A stretch of 42,053 nucleotides of DNA from Candidatus Limnocylindria bacterium. Its GTDB lineage: Bacteria > Chloroflexota > Limnocylindria > QHBO01. Location: NCBI GenBank assembly GCA_036393435.1, contig DASWGW010000081.1:1-42053 (forward strand), in the 5' to 3' direction. Positions 15,868 to 23,206 of this stretch are shown here, in pieces (within the stretch, counting starts at the first letter, position 1; the number at the start of each line of letters is the position of its first letter). Under the pieces are notes generated by a model. The model was not told where the DNA came from. It searched no databases and was given only the letters and a program-made list of their open reading frames with translations. The position numbers and the translations under genes are program-made.

Positions 15868-17654
15868 GGCTGGGCCACCGCGTCGATCGGCCGGTCGGGC
15901 GGGATCGCCAGGTAGTCCAGCACCTGGGGCATGAGCCGCGCATAGACGGTCTCCGGGCGCTCGGCCATCTGGTACCGGCCCCAGATCGCCGGCCGGTGAA
16001 GGAGCACCAGCGTCACGAGCTTCGTGTCGCCGGCGGGGAGGATGCCGACGAAGCTCGAGTCGATCCAGCCGTCGATGTAGGTCCAGCGCTCGTAGGGCTG
16101 GCCGTTCTCGTCGATCTCCGTCACGGGGCCCGCGATCTCGGCGGTACCGGTCTTGCCGGCCACCGTGTAGCCGTCGATCGCCGCGTCGCGGGCGATGCCG
16201 TTGTCGACCGCGTTCGTGAGCAGCCGGAGCATGGTCGTGGCTGTCTCGGAGCGCAGGATGCGCTCGTCGGGCGGCCGGTCGGACGGGTGGAACGTACCGT
16301 CCGCATCGGTCCAGCCGCCCACGACGTGCGGGGTGACGAGCATGCCCCCGTTCGCGAAGGCCGCGTAGCCGGCGGCGAGCTGGACGGCGGTGACGGCCAG
16401 CCCCTGGCCGAAGGCGTTCTGCGCGGCGGTCAGGTCGCCCGATGCGTTCGGCCCGTCAGGGTTCCAGAGCGAGCCGGACGCCTCCCCGGCGAGCTCGATG
16501 CCCGTCGGCGTGCCGAACCCGAAGCGCCGAAACGACTCGTACAGCTCGCTGCGGCCGAGCGCGAGGCCGATCTTTGCGGCGCCCACGTTGTTCGACAGGG
16601 ACAGCACCTCCGACGCCGTGATGGGCCCGTGGCCGTAGCGATGGTCGTAGCGGTCGGCGTTCTGGATCCTGACGTCGCCGATGACGAGGTTGTTGTCGTC
16701 GAGGAACGTGTCGGTCGTGCTGATGGCTCCGGCGTCGAGCGCCGCGGCCACGGTGAAGGCCTTCATCACCGACCCGGGCTCGTACTGCCGCGCCACGGCC
16801 GGGTTGGCGAAGCGCTCGGCATCGGTCGTCGAGAACTGGTTCCCGTCGTAGGCGGGGTAGCTGGCCATGGCCAGGATCGCGCCGGTCTCGGCATCCATGA
16901 TGAGCCCGGTCACCCCGACGGCTCCGTTGACCTGGGCCGTCGCCCACATCTCCTGCTCGAGCAGGTGCTGCACGCCCGAGTCGATCGTGAGGCGCAGGTC
17001 GGCTCCGTCGACCGGCTCCTGGAGCAGCGTCGCCGAATCGGCGATGCGGCGGCCGATGACGTCACCCTGCGCTGACACCGTGCCCGACAGCCCCGCCAGC
17101 AGGTCGTCGCGCGCACCCTCCACGCCGTACTGGCCGCGCCCGTCGATGTCCACGAAGCCGATGAGCTGTGCGGCCAGGGTCGTCCCCTCCGCCACGCCGG
17201 CGACCGGGTACACCCGCTTCGTCTCGGCCAGCATCCCGACGCCGCGGATGTCCAGGGTCGCGACCCGCTCGGCCATCTCCGGGGTCACCCGGCGGCGGAG
17301 CCATACGTAGGCGCGATCGCTCTCGAGCTTGGCCCGCACCTCGTCGACCGGCAGCTGCAGCACGGTCGCCAGGGTGATGGCCGCCAACGCCGGGTCCGCC
17401 AGGCTCGGGGGCGTCGCGAACACGGACTGCAGCTCAACCGACGTCGCCAGGAGCTCGCCGTTGCGGTCGGTGATCTCGCCGCGCTCGGCCGGAAGGTCCT
17501 CGGACTGCGCCAGCTGTTGAAGCGCAGCCGTCGCGAGCCACGGCTGCTGCACCACCTGCCACCAGACCAGCCGTGCGCCGATCCCCGCCGCGGCGACGGC
17601 CGCCACGATCAGGAGGACCAGGGCGCGGGCACGGCTGTCGGTCCGGGCGAGCAT
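15864..17654 (-). CDS. ftsI: Class B penicillin-binding protein (FtsI-type transpeptidase)
   Basis: Track ORF trimmed to the ATG at 17654 (GGAGAG SD 4 nt upstream). N-terminal TM helix and transpeptidase motifs SVMK (SxxK), SNN (SxN) and KTGT. Confidence 0.9.
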   Translation of the reverse strand: MLARTDSRARALVLLIVAAVAAAGIGARLVWWQVVQQPWLATAALQQLAQSEDLPAERGEITDRNGELLATSVELQSVFATPPSLADPALAAITLATVLQLPVDEVRAKLESDRAYVWLRRRVTPEMAERVATLDIRGVGMLAETKRVYPVAGVAEGTTLAAQLIGFVDIDGRGQYGVEGARDDLLAGLSGTVSAQGDVIGRRIADSATLLQEPVDGADLRLTIDSGVQHLLEQEMWATAQVNGAVGVTGLIMDAETGAILAMASYPAYDGNQFSTTDAERFANPAVARQYEPGSVMKAFTVAAALDAGAISTTDTFLDDNNLVIGDVRIQNADRYDHRYGHGPITASEVLSLSNNVGAAKIGLALGRSELYESFRRFGFGTPTGIELAGEASGSLWNPDGPNASGDLTAAQNAFGQGLAVTAVQLAAGYAAFANGGMLVTPHVVGGWTDADGTFHPSDRPPDERILRSETATTMLRLLTNAVDNGIARDAAIDGYTVAGKTGTAEIAGPVTEIDENGQPYERWTYIDGWIDSSFVGILPAGDTKLVTLVLLHRPAIWGRYQMAERPETVYARLMPQVLDYLAIPPDRPIDAVAQP

Positions 17655-17691
17655 GCATCTCTCCGTGTTGGCGCCGGCGGCGGCGCCGTGA

Positions 17692-18123
17692 TCAGTCGTC
17701 GATAGTTGACCAGGGCGGGGGCGCAACGGAGGCGATGACGAACTGCACGGCCCCCTCGTCGAGCGGCACAAGGCCGAGCTCGCGCTGGGCCCGGTCGGTG
17801 ATCTCGGCGGGCGAGCGCGCCTGGCCGATGGCCGATATCAGCAGCTGGTGGGCCGCGCGCTGCTCGGCGAGGGTCGCCTGCAGCGCGTCGATCTCGTAGC
17901 CGGTGGCGGCCACGCGCGTCGACTGGCTCAGGTAGACGAGCGCGAGGCCTGCCGCGATCACGATGGCCAGCAGCAGTGGGCGGACGTCGCGGCGTGACTC
18001 CGTCCGTCGGTGTGCCCGCGCGCGATACGCGCTTCGCACGGGCGCGGGCCTCGGGCGCGGGTGACGCACGCTCCGCCAGCCGAAGAACCACGGCTGGGCG
18101 GGTCGTGCGCCGACGATGGCCAT
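17692..18123 (-). CDS. ftsL: FtsL-like septum-formation protein (single TM plus coiled coil)
   Basis: 143 aa: basic N-tail, TM helix LLLAIVIAAGLALVYL, then a heptad-like segment YEIDALQATLAEQRAAHQLLISAI. Canonical position between rsmH and ftsI. Confidence 0.6.
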   Translation of the reverse strand: MAIVGARPAQPWFFGWRSVRHPRPRPAPVRSAYRARAHRRTESRRDVRPLLLAIVIAAGLALVYLSQSTRVAATGYEIDALQATLAEQRAAHQLLISAIGQARSPAEITDRAQRELGLVPLDEGAVQFVIASVAPPPWSTIDD

Positions 18124-18137
18124 TGCTCGCTCGCCCC

Positions 18138-18350
18138 TCAGGCCGCGGTCGCGCCGCGGCGAAGCGGCATGGACATGGGCACGGCGACCTCGGCGTCGCT
18201 CGCGTCCTCGATCTGGATCGCCGCCACGTCGTCGGCGAGCGGCTCCTCGCTCTCCCGGGCGGCGTGGAGCCGGCGCTCGCGGAGGTCACGCTGGCGCGCG
18301 GAGTACATCCGGCGCCGGCTGGCCTGGTGGCGAGACCGTCCTCTGCTCAT
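18138..18350 (-). CDS. Hypothetical 70-aa protein between rsmH and ftsL
   Basis: ATG preceded by GGGAGGAGGAGGG 7 nt upstream. About 93% G/C at third codon positions by hand count (65/70). Its TGA stop lies within the GAGGGG SD of ftsL. Basic N-half, acidic C-half, no TM helix. Confidence 0.5.
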   Translation of the reverse strand: MSRGRSRHQASRRRMYSARQRDLRERRLHAARESEEPLADDVAAIQIEDASDAEVAVPMSMPLRRGATAA

Positions 18351-18376
18351 GGCTGGACCCTCCTCCTCCCTGGCCG

Positions 18377-19324
18377 TCAGGCCAGTTTCTCGGCGACGCG
18401 CAGCTTTGCGCTGCGCGCGCGGCGATTCCGCCGGACCTCTTCGGGGCCGGCGGTGATGACGCCCTTCGTGACGGCGCGCAGCTGCGCGCGGTGACCGCAG
18501 GTGCAGACCGGCGGTGGCGGATCCTCGATGCAGTCGCGGCTCTCGCGGACGATGAAGCGCTTGACGATGCGGTCCTCGATGCTGTGGTAGCTGATGACCG
18601 CCATTCGCCCGCCGGGCCGAAGGGCCGCGAGCGCTCCCGCCAGGCCGGCGGAGAGCACCTCCACCTCGCGGTTGACCGCGATCCGAAGGGCCTGGAACGT
18701 GCGCGTGGCGGGGTGGATGCGTCCGGCATCGGCGCCGCCGGGGCGGGCCGGCGCCGCCCGTGCGACGACGGCGGCGAGATCCGCGGCCGTCATCAGCCGC
18801 CCTTCCGCACGCGCCGCCAGGATCGCCTTCGCGATGCGGCCTGCACGGCGCTCTTCACCAAACGTCGCGAGGATGCCGGCGAGCTCTCGCTCCGATGAAC
18901 GATCGATGAGGTCGAGGGCCGAAAGACCGCTTGCTTCATCGAACCGCATGTCCGGCAGCGTCTCCGCCGCGAAGCTGAAGCCCCGGGACGGATCGGCCAG
19001 CTGGTAGCTGCTGAGGCCCAGGTCGAAGAGGACCCCGTCGAGCGGAACCATCCCCGCGTCGTTCGCCACGTCGTAGAGCGACTCGAAGTTCGCCCGGCGC
19101 AGGATCACCCGCGCGCCGAAGCGCGCGAGGACTCGTTTCGCCTCCTCGATGGCCGCCCGATCGGCGTCGATGCCGAGCAGGCGACCATCGGGAGACGTGG
19201 TCTCCAGAAGCCGCTCGGCGTGCCCACCGCCGCCGACCGTGCAGTCCGCCGAGGAGCTGCCGGGACCCAGGGCCAGCGAGGCAATCACCTCGTCGACCAG
19301 GACCGGCAGGTGCCCTTCTCCCAT
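18377..19324 (-). CDS. rsmH: 16S rRNA (cytosine1402-N4)-methyltransferase
   Basis: 315 aa with HLPVLVDEV, DCTVGGGGHA, FDLGLSSYQLAD and ISYHSIEDRIVK. Confidence 0.95.
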   Translation of the reverse strand: MGEGHLPVLVDEVIASLALGPGSSSADCTVGGGGHAERLLETTSPDGRLLGIDADRAAIEEAKRVLARFGARVILRRANFESLYDVANDAGMVPLDGVLFDLGLSSYQLADPSRGFSFAAETLPDMRFDEASGLSALDLIDRSSERELAGILATFGEERRAGRIAKAILAARAEGRLMTAADLAAVVARAAPARPGGADAGRIHPATRTFQALRIAVNREVEVLSAGLAGALAALRPGGRMAVISYHSIEDRIVKRFIVRESRDCIEDPPPPVCTCGHRAQLRAVTKGVITAGPEEVRRNRRARSAKLRVAEKLA

Positions 19325-19390
19325 GTGGCGAACCTCGTGTGTCGAGCGACGGGCCGACCGGCCCGGAGACGCATGAATGGCTGGGCATCC

Positions 19391-19840
19391 TCAGATGCCC
19401 AGGTCGGCGAGGTGCTCCGCGAGCGCCTCGGGCTCGCCCTCGATCTGCGACCGATACGGCGTCCACCGCGTCGGCGCCCAGATCTCGAGCCGATTGAGCG
19501 CGCCGACCACGACCACCTCGCCAAGGCTCAGGCCGGCGTACTCGCGCAGGTAGCTCGGGACCAGTACACGGCCCTGGCGATCGAGCTCCACCTCGACCGC
19601 GCCGGAGCTCATGAAGCGGCCGAACTGCCTCGCGTTCGCGTTCGTGGTTGGCAGCGCCTGGATGCGAGCCGCCAGGTCGTCCCACGTGTCCGCGGGAAAC
19701 ACCGCCAGGCAGCCGTCGAGCCAGCGAGAGAGCGTCGCCCCCTGCGCCAGGCGCCCGCGGAACCGCACCGGGACCGCGACGCGGCCTCGGTCGTCCAGCG
19801 CGTGCCGGAACTCCCCGGTGAGGAATGACGCTCGGTCCAT
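19391..19840 (-). CDS. mraZ: Transcriptional regulator MraZ
   Basis: 149 aa with two SpoVT-AbrB halves carrying the DxxxR motifs LDDRGRVAVP and LDRQGRVLVP. Confidence 0.93.
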   Translation of the reverse strand: MDRASFLTGEFRHALDDRGRVAVPVRFRGRLAQGATLSRWLDGCLAVFPADTWDDLAARIQALPTTNANARQFGRFMSSGAVEVELDRQGRVLVPSYLREYAGLSLGEVVVVGALNRLEIWAPTRWTPYRSQIEGEPEALAEHLADLGI

Positions 19841-19853
19841 TGTGCGCTCGGGT

Positions 19854-19889
19854 CACCACTGGTCCCCATCTGGCCCCATTTGGAACCAC
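19854..19889 (-). promoter_or_regulatory. MraZ operator: four TGGKN direct repeats with exact 10-bp phasing
   Basis: Minus strand reads G-TGGTT-ccaaa-TGGGG-ccaga-TGGGG-accag-TGGTG. It ends 13 nt before the mraZ ATG and starts just downstream of the -10 box. This matches the TGGGN-N5 repeat operator known for E. coli MraZ. Confidence 0.65.
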
Positions 19890-19897
19890 GAGGCGCC

Positions 19898-19925
19898 ATC
19901 ATACAGGCCAAGCGGTGCCCGTCAA
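19898..19925 (-). promoter_or_regulatory. Candidate dcw promoter (PmraZ)
   Basis: Minus strand reads TTGACG (19925-19920) - 16 nt - TATGAT (19903-19898). Confidence 0.55.
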
Positions 19926-20000
19926 GGGGTTTCTTCTCGCTGGATGGGGGCGTGGGGCGAGGCGGCGGGTGAGGCGAGGGGGCGTCATCCGGTTGAAGAG

Positions 20001-20035
20001 CGTAATGGTTGCCTGGTGTGAATTCGGACGATTGG
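20001..20035. repeat. Copy B of the ~35-nt element (partner at 3468-3502)
   Basis: CGTAATGGTTGCCTGGTGTGAATTCGGACGATTGG, located about 75 nt upstream of the PmraZ -35 box. Confidence 0.7.
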
Positions 20036-20042
20036 CGAGTTG

Positions 20043-20064
20043 CCGGTGCGGCCGTTCGCACCGG
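20043..20064 (-). terminator. Hairpin downstream of the 20079..21047 gene
   Basis: Minus strand CCGGTGCG-aacggc-CGCACCGG: an 8-bp perfect stem 15 nt past the stop, with no U-tract. Confidence 0.4.
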
Positions 20065-20078
20065 CTGGAATGCACTCG

Positions 20079-21047
20079 TCAGGGTGCGGGAGTCGCCTCC
20101 GGGAACCGAGTGAGGTCGTCCTCTGCCAGGTAGATGGAGCGCCGCGAGCCGTCGTCGTCGATGAAGACGGCGCGAATCCGGAAGTCGTTGCTCTCCGGAT
20201 ACCGATACGCCAGCCCCGCGAGCCCGCCGTCCTCGGTCCGCCAGTAGACCTCCCCGTCCGTGCCCTCGATCGGCACGACGCGCGCGAACGAGAAGTCGTC
20301 GAACATGGCGCGTCGCTGGTCCCCCACGTTGCCGTCGTCGTCGATCTCGAACAGCAGGTTGCTTCCGGGACCGACGGAGACCTCGTAGAACGCGAACGTA
20401 TCGCCCGCCGATGGCGTGGGTTCGGGCGTCGGCGATGGGAGCTGGGTCCCGGAGGGGGCCGTCGTCGTGGTCGGCGTCGGCGCGACCGTGGCGGCCGACG
20501 GAGGCGCGGCCGTAGCGCTCGGCTCGGGGGTTCCGGTCGGGCCGAATGCCACCCCGTCACCCCGCAGGAAGAGGTACGCCGCTCCTGCCCCGCCGAGCAC
20601 CACCAGCAGCAGCAGAACAAGCAGGCCGGCCAAGAGGATGCGGCGCCGGCGGCGCTGTGGCGGCACGGGGACCGGCGCGGGGCGCTGCGACGGCAGGGAC
20701 GGCAACGGCGGGAGGGCGGCCATGGCGGCCTGCGGGTTGCGAAGCGCCTGCAGCTCCTCGGTGGGCGTGACCAGGAGGCCGCGAAGGTATCGCGGGCACT
20801 GGCCGTAGCCCTTCTCCTGGCAGACGCGCGTCTGCTGCTCCGTCGAGAGCGGCGCGGGGTCACCGAAGGCGAAGCATCGGTGCTCGATGCTCGGTCCGTC
20901 GACGTACCCGGTCCGCTCGTACGCCAGGCCGAGGAAGGGGCAGATGTGCGCGGGACGCTGGGCGAGCTGCGCGAAGAGGGCGCGTCGCAGGGCCTCGTGG
21001 GCCGCTTCAGCGGCCGCCGCCCTCCGGCGCCTGCCTCCTCCGAACAC
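20079..21047 (-). CDS. Hypothetical single-pass membrane protein with a Cys/His-rich cytoplasmic N-domain
   Basis: 322 aa. GTG start with GGGAGGG 3 nt upstream. N-domain ...HICPFLGL...HRCFAF...RVCQEKGYGQCPRYL, TM helix ILLAGLLVLLLLVVLGGAGAAYLF, a Pro/Thr-rich linker, then an acidic ~120-aa C-terminal domain. No family recognised. Confidence 0.7.
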   Translation of the reverse strand: MFGGGRRRRAAAAEAAHEALRRALFAQLAQRPAHICPFLGLAYERTGYVDGPSIEHRCFAFGDPAPLSTEQQTRVCQEKGYGQCPRYLRGLLVTPTEELQALRNPQAAMAALPPLPSLPSQRPAPVPVPPQRRRRRILLAGLLVLLLLVVLGGAGAAYLFLRGDGVAFGPTGTPEPSATAAPPSAATVAPTPTTTTAPSGTQLPSPTPEPTPSAGDTFAFYEVSVGPGSNLLFEIDDDGNVGDQRRAMFDDFSFARVVPIEGTDGEVYWRTEDGGLAGLAYRYPESNDFRIRAVFIDDDGSRRSIYLAEDDLTRFPEATPAP

Positions 21048-21229
21048 TGACCCTCCCGACGTGCGCCGCTCAAGTCGCGCGGCGTGAGTCTACCGCGGTG
21101 CCCGGGCCCCCTCCGCTCACCGCGGCGCGCTGCGACGGACCCGGGAGTACGAACGCGTCATTGCGAGCGCGTGGCGCCCAGGCATAGCCTCGAATCTCCG
21201 GCCGCTGCCGGGCACAGTCAGAGGGAGCC

Positions 21230-21466
21230 ATGGCGCTCGATCCGATCGACGAGCCTCTGCGACGCAGGCCGATCGCGCGATCCGGCCACATTCGACGCTG
21301 CTCGGTGCGACACGTGAGCATCCTGCCGACAATGCCGGCGACGGTCCAGGTCGACTGCCTGCTCGGCGGACGCGACTATCCGCTCCCGCTCGGCACCATG
21401 GACGAGGCTCGGCCCATCTGCAACGCCTGCACCGCACGTGGCGTCTGGCGCGAGGACGAGGACTGA
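21230..21466 (+). CDS. Hypothetical 78-aa protein with four Cys (C-x18-C-x20-CxxC)
   Basis: Third-position G/C about 80% by hand count. GAGGGAG lies just upstream of the ATG (short spacing). A possible TTGCGA-N18-TAGCCT promoter lies upstream. Convergent with rnpB. Confidence 0.45.
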   Translation: MALDPIDEPLRRRPIARSGHIRRCSVRHVSILPTMPATVQVDCLLGGRDYPLPLGTMDEARPICNACTARGVWREDED

Positions 21467-21522
21467 GAGGCTCCCTCCACCGGCCGACGTAACCACCAAA
21501 GTGACGGTGAGCGGCCGCGGGG

Positions 21523-21863
21523 ACTATCCCTGGAGAGCGGCCTGTAAGCCGAGTTCTGTCCAGAGACCGATTCGCATCGGGCTCGTGGACGGCCATCCAT
21601 CTAGGCGACCTACCCGGGAGCTGAGCGAGCAACCTGCTGCGGCGCGAACGCCGCCTTGCGCTCCCCTATTCGGTCTTGCTCCGGCTAGAGCTTGCCGCGT
21701 TTCACTCCCGCTCCCGAAGGAGCGGGCATCGTCACTGTGGCGCTGTTCCTCGCCTCACGGCGGACGGGCGTTACCCGCTAGCCTGCTCTGTGGAGCTCGG
21801 ACTTTCCTCGGACGCGGCCTTTCGACCGATGCGCCCGCGGCCGTCCGGCCGCCTCCAGGGACG
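21523..21863 (-). ncRNA. rnpB: RNase P RNA, bacterial type A
   Basis: The minus strand carries the universal blocks GAGGAAAGTCCGAGCTCCACAG (plus 21799-21809 region), GGTAACGCC, AGTGAAACGCGG, CCGGAGCAAGACCGAATAGGGG, CCCGGGTAGGTCGCCTAGATGGATGGCCGTCCACG and ACAGAACTCGGCTTACAGG (21545-21559). P1 pairs TCCCTGGAGGCGGCC with GGCCGCTCTCCAGGGA. A TACAAT -10 box at 21866-21871 lies just upstream. The ends are uncertain by about 5 nt. Confidence 0.92.
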
Positions 21864-22099
21864 CCATTGTAGCCGATTCGAACAGACGTTCGACCGTGGT
21901 AGCCCACAAGAGGCCGGCGAATGGAAGCCGCACGGCCACTCGCCACGAGATCGCAAGTGTGGCTTGCCTTGCGGCCGGCGGGCCGGTCGTATCGGCCCTC
22001 TCGACGGTCGCGTCGCCATCGTGCCTAGTGTGGCGACCACCGAACCGCCCCTCCTCGGTCCTAACGCCAATGTGGCTTGCGGCCCGCGAGCGAGGCGCG

Positions 22100-22501
22100 T
22101 TACGCGCCGTCGATGGCCACGTTGCTCATCCTGTCCGCGTCCTTGTTGAGCTCGCGCGGGATGTGGCCGACGGTGTAGCCGTCGAAGCGAGCGAGGAGCG
22201 ACATGACGGCGGCGTGGAGCGCCTTGAGGTCTGCGTTCTTGACGCGATAGATGCCGCTGATCTGACGCGCGACGAGCTGCGAGTCCATGCGCAGGTCGAC
22301 GTGCGTGGCACCCAGGCGCAGCGCCTCCTCGAGGGCGAGCTTCACGGCGGTCCATTCGGCCACGTTGTTCGTGGCGTGGCCAAGCGGCTGCGCGACCTCC
22401 GCCAGGATCGTTCCCGTCGCCGCGTCGCGGAGGACCGCCCCGGCGCCGGCGGGGCCCGGGTTGCCGCGGGCCGCGCCATCGGTGTGGATGAGCAGCCTCA
22501 C
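22100..22501 (-). CDS. rnhA: RNase H (type 1-like) family protein
   Basis: Track ORF trimmed to the GTG at 22501, which overlaps the sdhB stop (GTGA). VRLLIHTDGAARGNPGPAGAGAVL...TNNVAEWTAVKLALEEA...DSQLVARQISG...NKDADRMSN provides the DEDD catalytic residues in the expected order. Confidence 0.85.
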   Translation of the reverse strand: MRLLIHTDGAARGNPGPAGAGAVLRDAATGTILAEVAQPLGHATNNVAEWTAVKLALEEALRLGATHVDLRMDSQLVARQISGIYRVKNADLKALHAAVMSLLARFDGYTVGHIPRELNKDADRMSNVAIDGA

Positions 22502-23202
22502 GAGATCGAGGCCCTGCCGATCTCCGATGTGACCTCGAGGATCGCCCGCGTGATGTTGATGTCGCGCGGGCAGGCCTCGACGCAGTTGAAGACCGTGCGG
22601 CAGCGCCACACGCCGTCGGCGTCGGCCATGATATGCAGCCGCTCCTCCTTCGCCGTATCGCGGCTGTCAACGATAAAGCGATGCGCGTTGACGATCGCAG
22701 CCGGGCCGACGTAGTCCTCATCGGTCCAGAAGACGGGACAGCTGGTGGTGCAGGCCGCGCAGAGGATGCAGCGGCTGGTGTCCTCGTAGCGATCCCGGTC
22801 CGCCGGTGACTGGCGCCGCTCCTTCCCGTCGGGCGGGACCTCGTCGTTGACCAGGAACGGCATCACTCGGCGGTACTTCTCCCAGAAGGGGTCCATGTCG
22901 ACCAGCAGGTCCTTGATGACCGGCACGCCGCGCATGGCCTCCACGGTGATCGCGGACCCGGCGTCCCTGAGGAGGAATTCGCACGCCAGGCGGTTGCGGC
23001 CGTTGATGAGCATGGCGTCCGAGCCGCACACGCCGTGGCCGCACGAGCGGCGGAAGGTGAGCGTGCCGTCGTGGTACCACTTCACCTGGTGCAGCAGGTC
23101 CAGCACCCGGTCCGTGGGCTCCGCGGTGACCTCGTACTGCTCCCAGTGCGGCGCCTCGTCGGCCTCGGGGTTGTAGCGGCGGATCCGCAGCGTGACGTCC
23201 AT
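22498..23202 (-). CDS. sdhB: Succinate dehydrogenase iron-sulfur subunit
   Basis: 234 aa with the three cluster motifs SCGHGVCGSDAMLINGRNRLAC, CILCAACTTSCP and CRTVFNCVEACP. Confidence 0.95.
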   Translation of the reverse strand: MDVTLRIRRYNPEADEAPHWEQYEVTAEPTDRVLDLLHQVKWYHDGTLTFRRSCGHGVCGSDAMLINGRNRLACEFLLRDAGSAITVEAMRGVPVIKDLLVDMDPFWEKYRRVMPFLVNDEVPPDGKERRQSPADRDRYEDTSRCILCAACTTSCPVFWTDEDYVGPAAIVNAHRFIVDSRDTAKEERLHIMADADGVWRCRTVFNCVEACPRDINITRAILEVTSEIGRASIS

Positions 23203-23206
23203 CGGC

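Noticed and set aside
21910-21960. Cobalamin-riboswitch-like string (GGCGAATGGAAGCCGCACGGCCACTCG, resembling the B12-box GCCACTG region) on the plus strand.
   Set aside because: The core is incomplete (no GCCACTG, and the conserved GGTG...AANCC segments are missing). No plus-strand gene lies downstream, since rnhA is convergent.
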